DNA of 64,000 nt from assembly GCA_048128005.1 (NCBI GenBank), contig JBEUKZ010000009.1, positions 186,001 through 250,000 of the forward strand, in the 5' to 3' direction. A program made the translations under genes and the position numbers. The stretch's first letter is position 1. Every line of letters begins with the position of its first letter. This document shows positions 50,198 to 63,565 of this stretch, in pieces. This DNA is from Veleropilina oligotropha. Its lineage: Eukaryota. Under the pieces are notes generated by a model. The model ran no database searches and was not told the DNA's origin. It worked only from the letters and a program-made list of their open reading frames with translations.

Positions 50198-53100
50198 AAA
50201 TTAGTTAACGAGTTTCATAAATGTGATATTAAATGACCACGAATGTGAGATTCTTCTTATCATATATCTGAAAGTTATAATGAAACAAGCTGTATAGCGT
50301 TGCTTTTAATTTTGTTGACTCCTTCTAACATACCATAATTATTATGCGGCGTAGTAATATTGCAGATGATGAAATTTGTATATGTGACACAGTGGCATTG
50401 TGTGTGAAAAATAATCCCGTTATTACCCACTCAAAAAATTATAAAGAGCAACAAATGTTGTTATGAAAAGAACAAATGACGCTTTATCAATATTATACTA
50501 TTTCAACAAGCTCTATTCAAAGAACATGAAATGCGTGTCGCTCGTGACTAATGTATGTCGATTTCACCTTATATCGAATCAGAGGTCGGCACAATTTGTC
50601 GTCTGCTGTCTATGAAGACACGTTTGGTTACATATAAAGCATCAGAACAATAACAAAATGGTCAGCTTTGTATATGGTAACAATTATAAACACGTTTCCA
50701 CAATAATTTTGTAAAAATTCCAAGTTAATATGTTAATTTCCATCTAAAATAAGTTCGAATCGAAGCCAATATGGCGGTATAATGACTGAAATGAACACCA
50801 ATCACATTGCATAGCAAAAAATAAATTGCAAACTTGGCCTACTATGTTGTATTTTGTATGCAATGACTATCGGAAGTTAAACGATCTTATCTGGATGACT
50901 GCACTTAATATTTCTACTAAATGTTGGTCATTAGTTGCAGTATTTTCCCTTGACCGTGGCCATGTTTTTTCTGATCGATTAAATCGCATGGTTGAAAAAA
51001 GTCAGATACACTGTAAATGACCTTGTATGACCCGCTCTGTCATTGGATGTTATTCTGTTTCATTGATAAAATTGTCCAATCAAAATTACAAAAGAGAGTC
51101 GATAGTACACTCTTAGGAGTAATATCTATTTTAATACACACTTTGGCGCTATGTAAAAAGACCCGGATATATGATAAGGGTAGTTAGCATACCATATGAA
51201 ATCAAGGTAACATGTTTGGTAGCCGAGATATAGACCGGACAACATGAACCGCCCGCCCGCATCGGGCGATGACAATAACCCAGCCTTTTTTAGGCTGGGT
51301 TTAAAACAATATTTAGTATGTAAAAATAGACACAATGTCTATATAATGCCCGGCAGTTTAGAAAAAATGTCAACAAAGAAAATTCGTGTCTAATATCATT
51401 CCAACATGTCAAATAAATACTGTAAAAGTCATATTTTTGCCATCGTATTAAATATCTATTACATAAATATGCTATTTACTTTGAAAAACATTATATGGAA
51501 GTTTGAATTGATAGTCACATGATGGGTGACGTCACTGTTCCCGCTGTACCACCTCACTGGATGGAACAGGCTGCACATTTTCCGGACACTATTCTCGACA
51601 GTTCGAGTGCTGTTCTGTCTGTCCTACACAGCGTTTCGAGCGCACCCTAAGATTTCCATTTTTTTTCAATTTGAGGGAGGTAACTGTTGTTGGAGTGTAT
51701 GATTAACACTGAAATGATGGATTTATAGTACAGTATATCACTATAATCACAGACTATGCTGCATTAATTGTTTCACCTTTTTACCCTCGCCTCTGCAGAA
51801 GGCGAGGGTATTGCAGTCGGCTCCATATGTATGTGTCTGTCTGTCAGAGTGCCATCAAGTCCTTTCGCATAACTCAAAAAATATTGAACCTATTTTCTTG
51901 AAATTTGTACACAACATAATTATGTTGCATCCATAGCTCGGTCATCCTCGAAGATGGGCCAGGTTGTGATCCGGGTTCGTATTTTATGATGCAATTTCCG
52001 GTTTACGGATTTTGGGCTGTAGCGTTAAAACGCGTTGTCAGACAAACCTCAAATTAGTCTTAAACTGTTCTTTAGATCAGGAGTCAATGACAACATGAAA
52101 TATATAGAAACTACATCACACAAGATGGCCGTCAAGGGAATTTAACATTAAACTAGAAATGTGTCCATCGGACACGAATGCCCCCACTGGCAGCCTTGTC
52201 AATCCATGAAGGCAAATAGAAGTTATAGCAGATTGGAGTTGCTTACACGCAAATACTGGTTTCGGGACGGACGGGACGGACAAGAGTAAATCTAAATGCC
52301 ACCCCAATAAATTGGTGGTGGCATAAAAATAGGGGGTAAATTTCTAATTTCGCCAAATCTAATTAAATTGTGTAAATTCGTTATGCATATCTTAGTCCTG
52401 ATGGAATTATATTGATATCAGCAAAAATATTTCGAAAATAATGTGACATGTGAAATTTATAAGCATTTTAGAAATCAACGAAAGCAAAATGCATCCAAGG
52501 GCCGTAAATTGGTTACCACTGACACCAGACACATCAAATTTCAACAAGTGACAGAGCGGAACATTATCTACAACTCTTATCGATATACTTTGTGTGTTAG
52601 AGTGAATTTGGAGCAATAATTATTGTTCTGAAGATAAAAACGATGAGACGTTGCGACATTTGTGATAGCTCTTCAAATGCTGCTAACGTCGTGATATAAT
52701 TTATACCATTTAGGAAGTTTGCTATAATTTCAGGTATATCGCTTTAGTAACTAATAAGTCATGCATTGATTGTATGAAGTATCGTGTAACATTATCACTC
52801 ATATGATATCAGTTGCAAACTATTCATGTGTTGACATGGTTGAGGCAGAGCAGTTAGTTCTGGTGATGACAGACGCTGTTGACACAACTGGTTTATCATG
52901 AGAAAGTGTCGGTTGTAGTAAATCTATGCATGTGTTTCTAATTCTCCTAGTTTATTCATCACACTTTTGGAGATAACTTTTAGCCCTTTTCATCATTTTC
53001 GTCGCTTCGAAGACTTTTTAAAAATTGTCATGAGAATCAGAATTTAGGTCTTCTTTTATTTTTAGTAATACATATCATAATATTAAACCCCTCCTTCTGC

Positions 53101-53366
53101 CATTTAAAGAGAGTCGCTCGGGTGACAGTCTGGTCTCGAGTGGCGACTCTAAAGTCACAGTTACCAATCGCAGTTGTACGTGTAACTGGTCGGAGAGGGC
53201 GGCGAGGGTTTGCAATCTCGGGATTGTCTTGTTTGTAAAAGAGTTTCATCTACCCAAACAAATTATTTCCTTCTGGACGAGACAAAAACCAGGGCTTCTG
53301 CTGCCTATGACAGTACTTGTATAAATCAAGCAGGTAGGTAGTGCATGCAGATGGAGCCATTCCACA

Positions 53367-53860
53367 TATAGAGGATATCGAACGAGTGTCCATTCCATAT
53401 GAGAATTATGAAACGAGTCGGGCACATGAATTTGCTGACGAGTTTCATAATTCTCATATGAAATGGACACAAGTTTGATATCTTCTTTATCACATGACTT
53501 TATTTACCTTTAAACTTATTTTATTGCATTTTTAAACACATTTCTTTACGTATTAAAACTAATTTCTGTCAGTACTTTCAGTCATAAATTGCCATTGCCT
53601 CAGACGCATCATGCCTCGAAAGCATGCGCCACGCCAGTACGCCAATAAAAAATAGTTCAACGTCAGTAATCGACGAGTCAACGCGTATGAATTATTCAAT
53701 ATATGTTAATGAGGGTGATGCGCCGCCTAATCAACTTGGCGCCAGATGCGATGATCAGCCGTCATGCTCGCCCTCATTTGCATACTTATGAGACGTGTCT
53801 TTTTGTATCGAAATTTATGGAACGGCTACTACCATTCCATAACAGCTTTGTCATGTGATA
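53367..53860 (+). mobile_element. Copy of the 9598 palindromic repeat family
   Basis: Near-identical to 9598-10126 with a shorter palindrome loop. Confidence 0.8.
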
Positions 53861-53899
53861 ATGACAAATAACATTATCCATATATGATGGCCTCCTTAC

Positions 53900-54055
53900 C
53901 TTGGATAAGAAGGTTCCTTGCTGGTAGTAGGGGGTCAGGTACTTCACGACCAGGTCTGCATGCAGCTTCGTATCGATCTTGGCGGTGTTTGAAAGACTTT
54001 GGTTCCTATTTTCCTGGTCCATTTTCTGCTTTTTAAATTCTGTTACAGGATCATC
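53900..54055 (-). CDS. RECQL5: RECQL5 exon (start of SRI domain)
   Basis: CAG acceptor and GTAAGG donor, 156 bp. ...ADLVVKYLTPYYQQGTFLSK resembles human [20 protein letters not shown]. Confidence 0.88.
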
Positions 54056-54238
54056 CTGTTATGAATATACCAAAGTTACGGTAATAAACAAAAGGTACCT
54101 TAAACAGAAACTGAATGGCTTTCGTGTTTTGAACTAATTTCATGAAACGTTTGACAGGTTCATACCATGATATGTCGATATTACCGTTGGAAGAAAATTC
54201 TCCCTCACCGGCCCGATAAAGACAACTGTGACTGTTAA

Positions 54239-54582
54239 AGGGACAGGGTCTGCTTCTGATCGCTAAATACTATTAAACACCATTTAATCTAACACGTTTT
54301 GTATGTATTCATTGTCTAAAGTTGGGATGGTTTACATATGACCACATTCTGGAAAATATTTGGACATTTAATAAAAAGTTATTTTTATTTAAATTTTGAT
54401 TAAAAGGCGTACGCTTTTTAATCAAAATTTAAATAAAAATCACTTTTTATTAATTGTCCAATTCTTTTTCAGAATGTGGTAATATGTAAACCATCCCAAC
54501 TTTAGACAATGAATACATATAGAAAGTGTTACATTAAATGGTGTTTAATAGTATTTAGCGATCTGAAGCAGACCCTGTCCCT
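54239..54582. mobile_element. Fully palindromic Kolobok-like MITE
   Basis: TTAA|AGGGACAGGGTCTGCTTC ... GAAGCAGACCCTGTCCCT|TTAA; the arms are complementary almost to the centre (GGCGTACGC). Confidence 0.85.
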
Positions 54583-55164
54583 TTAACTGAACAAAGAGTA
54601 GCCATCGAGGAGTCAAATCCACTACTGTTAGACAAAGCAGTCGTGCGAGAGAACTCTGGTTACGCTCTCTGATCCACTCAGCAATAGGTGCAGCCTATTT
54701 CAAATAAGAATGAAATTCTATATATGCAATAACTGATTGAATGCACATTTTACAGTCACAACGCAGTCAAGATAGCTATTTAATGCTTCGATCTGATCTG
54801 CCATAACAATTCTATAACTATATCTTATATAGCTTAGAGGTATATTTTGTGTTTTATTTTCGTGGCTTATTTCTATTAAAGCTAAAATAATGACTCTGCA
54901 TTTGGGTAAAACGAGCAGTTTAATAGAGAATTTATTGCCCACACAAATGGCAGGGTGACTGAGTAATGTTTGGACGTGTGCATTATATCGTTAAACTAAC
55001 GATAAATTGTGACAAATATACATTCACAAAAAATGACCAAACGAATAGTTACCTCTAAATAATATATAGAGTAACACGTAATCTTACATTGCAGCAATAT
55101 GACTGATAAATGTAGGTACTATATATATATTATGTTGGCATTTATAGGGTTATTTCAATCTAAA

Positions 55165-56115
55165 CTAGAATAAAGTTGTGGCACGCCACAAAAATGCCCT
55201 CGCGTAGACACCAAATAATATTAAATATAACCATATAAATTGCAATATCTGAGATCTCCATTGAGCCAGCAGGCACCCACGACTGAGCTCATTACACACA
55301 GTGGGCTAGCCGGTAATAGATGCTTCGTTGTTATCATACAAAAACCATGTTTAACACTTTCAGCAGTGTTCTAATAAACATTAAAATCCGAAGTCCACTT
55401 CAATATCTTTAATGACATTGAATTACATGCAAACCCTGTCATAGGTGAAATTCACCTAACATGAATATAATTATTACATAGTTTATCAAATTTCTATGTC
55501 CGAAAAGATTACCATATTTTAATTAATTAAATTAAATTTTATTAAATATCATTGCCAGAGTATATGATGACATCCATATAACCAATAGCAAAGCATATAT
55601 ATGCCAAAATCTCAAATCAACAACTCATATTCACTTAACCAAAAACTTAAAATTCACCAAAATTTCTATGTCCAAAAATGCTACCATATTACCTTTAATT
55701 ATATTAAATTTTATTAAATATAATTTCCAAAGTATCAGATGATATCCATATAACCAATAACAAAGTATAGATATGCCAAAACGTAGCTTAAATAACCCAT
55801 ATCCACTCAATGAAAAACTTTAACCAAAAACTTTAACCTAAAATTCACCCAAGTTTCTATATCCACAAACACCACTTTATTTTCATAAATTATAATAAAT
55901 TTTATTAAATATCACTGCCAGAGAATCAGGTGACATCCCTTTAACCAATATCAAAGCATACATATGCCAAAAAGGTCACTTGAACAGCCCATTAGACTCA
56001 ATGAAAAACTTTAACCAAAATGTTGACGCCGGACGCCGTGACGCCGTGACGCCGGGACGCCGTGACGCCGGACGGAGCAGAAACAATATGCCCTTCGGCC
56101 TTCGGCGCGGGCATA
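55165..56115. mobile_element. HINE-like element with internal repeats
   Basis: CTAGAATAAAG...ATGCCCTCGC start, three ~180-bp repeats, GACGCCGT microsatellite, 3' hairpin ATGCCC...GGGCAT. Confidence 0.65.
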
Positions 56116-56199
56116 ATAAAAGCTTTCATACTCGAAACTATGGTCAAAGTCAAGGTGTATAAAACCTAGTACATTAGATAGCCTGGTATTAGATCTTAC

Positions 56200-57063
56200 C
56201 TCTGATTGTCGTTTATTCGTCTGCATTTTCGATTCTTCTGGTAACATAATGTCTTTTATACAACTAAGGGTTGGGTACACATGAACAACCTCTTCTACTG
56301 CAGAGTTGCGCTCAGAATAAAATTGTACTTGCTTTTTTGGTTTGTCGTTGGACGATAAAAGGTCGCCCTTGATGAGCACATTGAAGTTCGAGCTCAGCGA
56401 AGATCGTTGCAATTCGTTTTCTAGCACATAATTATTCACTTTTGGCATCATTTCTTTTGTTCTAATAGAAGAATTACTACTGTTTTCTTTTGAATTAGAA
56501 TTTTGTTCGAAAAAGTGGTTAATCCTAGGCACTTCACGTTTGCTGCTTAAATGCAACTTAAACACAGAACTTGACGTGGAGCTATTATCTATGGACATAT
56601 TGCTCTCTGCATTGAGGCTAACCCCCGGATCGTATTCCGACGTGTTATCCGAATCCTCTTGGCCTAATTGCAGTCTATTATCACGACGAGTTGAGCTTTC
56701 CCAGATCGTTACGCAATCCGTGGACATCGAATCAGGGGATGAGGCGCTCGGCGACAAACTGCCCGCTGATTCAGGGGAGGGAACTCTGTCTGTTTCCCCA
56801 GAGGGTGGATTTATTTTGGGAATGAGGGATGAATAGAGTTCACAATTGGCAGTAAATGTTTTGATTTCTGACATTTTCTTCACAACGGCAGCCTTGTAGG
56901 TATTTGACATTTTAGAAGACAGGAAAAACAGGTGTTCCAAATCCACAGCGCAGCACCACGGCTCGTAGTCTCGGGCAGCCAGCCGCTGCGGCCGATCTTT
57001 GTAAAATATGCTGAAGTTGGTGACAAGGGCCGTCTCCAACATTTTTAAACAATGCTCCCTTGC
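56200..57063 (-). CDS. RECQL5: RECQL5 large exon (IRI/KIX-like domain + Ser-rich linker)
   Basis: AREHCLKMLETAL...AVDLEHLFF...NTYKAAVVKKMSEI resembles human AREHCLRLLEEAL...AVELEHETF...NLYKASVLKKVADI. TTTCAG acceptor, GTAAGA donor, 864 bp. Confidence 0.88.
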
Positions 57064-57780
57064 CTGAAAGAAATAAGAAATTAAAATACTCACCTAGCGT
57101 TCACATGATTTTAGTCTGGATCAAAGTTTACCATCCTTCCGGATAATATCTGGACATTCCGTATTAATGCCGGAGGAAAGCCTGGTCCCACTCGTACCAG
57201 TCAGATATCAACATCTGTGACCGTTAATTGAACAAGTGCTCCGTCGTGGATTCGAATCTACTACTGTTAATCAGAGAAATAAAGCGAGTGCATTGTGAGG
57301 CATGCTCTAATTCACTACACTACAACGCTGGCTCCAAAGACATATAGATGACTGGTTTACATATTGAATTGATACTGTTGGCATTTACAGCATATGGTCA
57401 TTTGCAGACAACCATATGCAAAATAAGGTTTTCAAGAAAACTATTTTTACAAGTTCCACTTTGAGGAATGTAGAGTGGCAGGCAATGATCAAAGAGGATG
57501 AATGGGTTTGCTATGTCACCATCAACTCACAGCAGCCAGGGAAGGCTATATAAATATCACGTAATATCAATGCCACACAAATTGAATCGAAGAAACTTCT
57601 ACTGTCCTTCCTCGTATTTTATTGATGCGAACGAAATGTATTTCTTGCACCAATTTGCTATGTCATCACTGTCACCATCATCATCATCATCACTGTATGT
57701 TTTCTCATAGTTGCTACAGATCACTGGTACCCCAGAAATAGCAAAAGAATGACAATATTAATTTGAGATATCGTACGTAC

Positions 57781-57882
57781 CTTGACAGCTAAACCAAGTA
57801 TCTTTTGACTAGACGCATCCCTTAAAGGACAGTCGGGTTCAGGAGGGATAAACTCTTTAGCAAATTTGCTTTCTAAATTTCC
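57781..57882 (-). CDS. RECQL5: RECQL5 exon
   Basis: GNLESKFAKEFIPPEPDCPLRDASSQKILGLAVK resembles human [25 protein letters not shown]; canonical splice sites, 102 bp. Confidence 0.88.
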
Positions 57883-58246
57883 CTGAAATTGTAATTAGAT
57901 TATGTAGGAATGTGAATCCCATGCACAGACCTCTCATATGAGAAATCCAAAATCACAACACTAAACTAAACTGAATGCATTCATTCTAAACGGCTCGATG
58001 TCCTGCGATGAATGTCTCATGATTATTGTATAGTTTAACATGGATATGTAACATAGGTTACGCTTTTAAATCACTAATCTTATTTACATTGTATTCCTGA
58101 AAATGTAATTGTCATTATTAGGTGGGCATCACCTCCAAATGTGTCTCTGTACGTCCGGCTCCCCTGATGCCAGCCTGTTCTAGATCAAAATGTGCTAATC
58201 TTATGCAACCACGTTGTGATTTGTAATAACAAATTTAGATACGTAC

Positions 58247-58370
58247 ACCTCTTCGTTTCTTGAACTCTTTCGTGATAAATGAGTTGCGTTGATGCTTGGC
58301 TAAGTCATCATCTCTTTCTCGCCGCAATCTGTCATCATCATCACTATCACTTCCATTATGAGCATGTTCA
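58247..58370 (-). CDS. RECQL5: RECQL5 exon (acidic linker / alpha-N helix)
   Basis: TTTCAG acceptor and GTACGT donor; EHAHNGSDSDDDD...QRNSFITKEFKKRRG is in phase with the next exon. Confidence 0.72.
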
Positions 58371-61300
58371 CTGAAAGAAATTGCAAGAATGTAACAATAT
58401 AATGAGAGATATTTATCTCATATAGACAGTACATGTAATAATAATCAAAGTGCTGAAGCACTGAAGGGATGCAAATGCATCAATTCATTAGAAGAGCCTT
58501 GATTAAACATTGTAAATGTTGTTTAAATAGAATAATTATTTGTAGGTGAACCTGCATGTCGTCACATTATAGTATTTATTATCAATCAATGGTCGTGATC
58601 AATTAAACAAAAAGTAACCGTGTCATAAGCCGTATCATAAGCCTTGACATACGCATCTGAAGACAATTTATTGGCGCAAATTTTGGAATATAAAAACATT
58701 ACTGACAACTAAGCAGTAATAATAATATGCATGCATGAATGCACATTTGATCTCACTCAAGTTATAATATATATTGAAACGGTGGTCATTGGCCTGTAAA
58801 CAGACAGCACATCTCGAAAATCAAAGTGCTGAAGCACTGAAAAATTGGACAGCGAAAGTATTAATTTCAAAACACAAAAATACTTATTTGTCAAGTTGCA
58901 GTTTATGCCCGAAATTTAGATATAAATTTAAAATAATCAATACATAGACAGGTCAGCTGGACACTGTACACTACAGCCTCGACATAACGTACCCGATATA
59001 ACGTGGTATTTGAGGTCCAAAATTTCGGAGCCGCATTGTATCCGACAGCGTTATAGGAACGGCCCGAACGTTGTATAGTTACATAGTAAGTACACTAGAT
59101 TATATGATGCTACGCAATAAATTAATACTACCATTATAGTTCATTCAATGATTGATGTGCATTTTTTAGTAAAATTAATACAATACAAACGTATGTTCAT
59201 TCAAATGTATCTGGTATGTTGTTCTAAATTATCTCATATAAATCAATGTACCGCGGGTACTTGTATTTATCGTCGTTAATGTTAAATCCATGGGGACTAG
59301 CAACAGGTGAACCTCGGTCAGTCCAGGCTCACGGGGCGGTCCGGTGTATATACGTTTGTAAAGCCAATACAACTACGTACCCATCACGTGTATCTTATCA
59401 CAAGCTGTATTTGCCTTTAGTAGCAGATAATACGCAGAGTGTGAAAATTTAAGACGAATACAAGCCGGAGCTCCTTAAATACGTATAAAAGCCGGAGCTG
59501 TGGGGGAAGTACCGAAAGATTACAGCCAGAGTTAATCTGGGCACTGCCCAGATTAGCAACTTGGGCACTGCCCATGTTAACTATGGCATTGCTCAACTTT
59601 CCATAATAATATTAACTAAGTAACTTTTCGCATTTACAAGTATTGTTGTAACTAGAACTAACATATTGTTCCGCAAATATACACCCGTTTTAAAAAATTG
59701 ATATGGACTGAATTTTATTCGACAATAGCAAATTCGAAGGTTGGGCAGTGCCAAACTTATAACTTGGGTATTTCAACATTGGGCACAACTGCCACGCATG
59801 TTCTATGATTAACCTCGCACCTGGCTATTTTTGTATAGCCAATCACAATAGGTCAGGAAGCCAAAATGGACATTATTTCAAGTTCGACAAACATGTGACA
59901 CATTCGACATATATTTCATGATTAAATAGGTATGTTAGTCACACTTTTTGCGGGATTGCAAGGGTATAAACACAAAAAGTTGGGGAAATAGATTTTGACA
60001 GTTTTAGATATTTTCAGCAGAAATAAATCGTCAATGTGTGCAGCAAACGAATCGTCGCAATTGCCCTATACCGCTTCTTTACCAAAGCAGCAATTTGGCC
60101 GATTGCAAGTTATGTGTATTTTTTAAACAATTATATTAGAATATGACACGGTGTCAGAGTTTGTTACTAAATTGCATAACAGATGTGGGATACTACCTAT
60201 AAATTGACCAAATTCCATTTAATACAGAAGTGGGTGCTACTTTAAACATTGGATGGAAAAGTTGTGAAAGTTACCTGAATTTTTTATCAATGAGATAAGA
60301 GGGCGAAATTTGAATTGTAGGGTACGGGAGTTTCAAAAGCAGCTTATAACAATACTCCGCAGTTCCTGCGTCCCAAAAATATGACTTTAATTTCATTTGG
60401 TTAAGGTAATATAAGTTTTCAACATTTTAAACAAAATTTGGTCGTATTGTAGTTAAAACCCTTTGTCTTCACTTAAATTTTATTGACATAGAACAAACAA
60501 ACGGTTTGAACATGTTGGATAAAGAGTTCAATACAAAGAGAGGTAATACAGTAAATATCAAACAAGGGAGATAAATAAGTATTGACTAAATAACTAAGAT
60601 CAGGGGTGCGTTGTAAACTGACAATCGTTTAATAAGCGCTTAAGTAGCGCTGACATAACCGTTACAATGACATGCAATCGCTTACAAAATGGTGAGTGAA
60701 CATTCCGATTTTACGATCAAAATATTTATTTGTAATAAGAAAATTTGACAATTATTCACACAGGATAAGCTGCGATACACCGTACTAGTTATATAGGACG
60801 AGATAAAATTATAGTAGGAGAAAAATTGCAATATAAATATTTTATATTTTATGAAAATAATTTATTTTGTCTTAATAATTGTTTAAATTTTTGGTACTAA
60901 GGCTGGATAAAATTAATGTTTAGATTCTCAGGCATCGCGCGCATCTGATTTTCGATGCGCATTGGTCATATTTATTGCAACTAGCAAAAAAGAAGAAATA
61001 TATATTCCGCATGTGGCATTTATATCAGTCTTGGAATAAATCCGTTTAAACTAATGTTACCTCTATTTTTGTTTAATAATCAGATAATCTTTTTAAATTA
61101 CGACACGTTTTCGGAAAGTTTGTCGTCCATTTTGCAATTGGCGCACCCAGCGGCGTATAACGTTCGATAACTCTATGCTAACGATTTCCACCATTGTTTC
61201 CCGACTTTCTACAACACCAAATATCTCAAAGCTTAATACTTCGTAAATATTCGGATATTTTCGGGTCATTGCGTTCGGGAATGAACAGGCTACATCCAGG

Positions 61301-62497
61301 TGCTTTTAAATCCACAATGGCGGCAGGGTAGGTATAGTTTATCGCTGTTTGAAATAAAGTTGTAAGACTTGAAAGTGGTCATTTTGCATCGCATTTTTTG
61401 TTTTTGATATACGACGTGTGTTTACATTTGGTTTGAATTATTTGTAAGGGAATATGATTAACTTGTGGCCTCGAAGACGGATTTTGAACTCTGAAGTGAC
61501 AAGTGATATTTGCGACTTTGACATTTCATGATTTCTGAATCGGACATCTCTAAGACAGTGACACTTTTGAGGATGATATCGGGAATCGAAATGGAGATTA
61601 TGACTGGTATGATCTATTATTAACAACAATAAATCATATAAATTATAATTATTAAATCTAGCTGTTAATGGCAAATAAATTTTGTAGGCCGTATTTGAAA
61701 TAATAATGTACATTTGTAGCAACTTCAAGAAGGCCTATTTCAAATTGAGTTTCTTCATACATGTGCTGGATAATTTTTCAAAATCAGACAAGGAAACACC
61801 ATATTGTTTTATAATTGACATAGGATATTCTTTATTATTATACAAAAAATTATATTACAACCACAATGTATACATCAACACAAAAACATTAAATTTACAT
61901 CTAAAAAATATAACATACTATGTTATATTTTTTAGATGTAAACTTAATTGTATGTATGATACATTTTTTTATCAAATATTTTCTGAATTGACAAGACATG
62001 TATAGCGAATATTCCCAAAATACCTGAGAATAAAGGTAAAAGTGATCAATTATGCAAGTTTTTATACTCTACAAACAAATTTCAAAGCAATACCATTTAG
62101 CCAATTCAATTAAACCTATCTTTCAGAAAATATATATTTGGTCGATACTTTATTTATCATGTTCATCGCCGGTTGAGGTGCCATATTATAGCAGTGATGC
62201 ATTTGAGGCAGTCTGCTTTTTTGTGGTTCGATTAAAATGTTTTGTTGGAGAGGATGCACCAACAGACACTTACCCGATATGTGAACAGTGCACACTGCAA
62301 AATGCATGTTCCCGTGTCGCAAGAAAGAGCAAACAAACAGCATAATCGGGCAACAAGAAGTTGAGGAAAAAATAAATACCTGTGTAATAATGTGTGGTTA
62401 TTAAATACTTAAATGTTTTGTCACAAGTTATTTTCTTGTTGATGTTTAATTCAAGTTTGATATTTATTTATAGCATAAAATTGCAAAACTGTTAAAA

Positions 62498-63565
62498 CTA
62501 GAGGTATAATCCTCATACAGGCCCGCCTTTTGGATATATAAATCCATAGAGAGGAAAATAATCAATAACTCTACATCTTCAAAGTGCACGAAAATGACCT
62601 TGACCTTTGACCAAGAGACTCCATCTTTGAACTTGGGCTAGGCCTGATGGTATACAAGGTGCATACCCAAGATGAAAGCTGTAGGTCCAGCGGTAAATCT
62701 TCTATGTGACAGAAAGCAATCTTCGAAGTGCCAGAACGGAAATACACGAAAATGACCTTGACCTTTGACCCAGCGACCCCATCTTTGAACTTGGGCTAGG
62801 CCTGATGGTATACAAGGTGCATACCCAAGATGAAAGCTGTAGGTCCAGCGGTTCATCTTCTATGTGACAGAAAGCAGTCTTCGAAGTGCCAGAACGGAAA
62901 TACACGAAAATGACCTTGACCTTTGACCCAGCGACCCCATCTTTGAACTTGGGCTAGGCCTGATGGTATACAAGGTGCATACCCAAGATGAAAGCTGTAG
63001 GTCCAGCGGTTCATCTTCTATGTGACAGAAAGCAATCTTCGAAGTGCCAGAACGGAAATACACGAAAATGACCTTGACCTTTGACCCAGCGACCCCATCT
63101 TTGAACTTGGGCTAGGCCTGATGGTATACAAGGTGCAGACCCAAGATGAAAGCTGTAGGTCCAGCGGTTCATCTTCTATGTGTCAGAAAGCAATCTTCGA
63201 AGTGCCAGAACGGAAATACACGAAAATGACCTTGACCTTTGACCCAGCGACCCCATCTTTGAACTTGGGCTAGGCCTGATGGTATACAAGGTGCATACCC
63301 AAGATGAAAGCTGTAGGTCCAGCGGTTCATCTTCTATGTGACAGAAAGCAATCTTCGAAATGCCAGAACGGAAATACATGAAAATGACCTTGACCTTTGA
63401 CCCAGCGACCCCATCTTTGAACTTGGGCTAGGCCTGATGGTATATAAGATGTATACCAAATATGAAAGGAGTAAGTCCAGCGGTTCATCTTCTATGTGAC
63501 AGAAAGCATCAGGCGACGGACGGACGCCAGTACACGGCTATAGCCCTGCCTTTAGAAGGCGGGCC
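62498..63565. mobile_element. HINE/Helentron-like element with ~6 internal 158-bp repeats
   Basis: Same ends and unit as 21525-22288 but more repeat units. Confidence 0.85.

Larger units (their letters stand above)
32831..51177 (+). mobile_element. Palindromic non-autonomous element that hosts the virus (left 32831-32931, right 50203-51177)
   Basis: TATGATAA is present at 32823-32830 and 51170-51177. Same architecture as the 9598 family (5' palindrome, TTATCA...TGATAA end). The palindrome is rebuilt by removing the virus and one TSD copy. Confidence 0.65.
31909..51302. mobile_element. HINE-like element split by nested insertions (left 31909-32830, right 51178-51302)
   Basis: Subterminal IR ACCCCAGCCTAAAA (~31934) pairs with TTTTAGGCTGGGT in the 3' hairpin (~51290). 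The internal unit TATGATAAGGGTAG seen at 32421 is restored by joining 32830 to 51178. Confidence 0.65.

Noticed and set aside
56011..56199. C-terminal tail of the 360-aa ORF 56011-57093
   Set aside because: Runs past the GTAAGA donor at 56199 into intron and a repeat element; only 56200-57063 is exon.
62265..62345. Possible further RECQL5 exon (GGTAAGTG donor near 62274 on the minus strand)
   Set aside because: No resemblance to the expected upstream RecQ Zn-binding region; cannot be supported.
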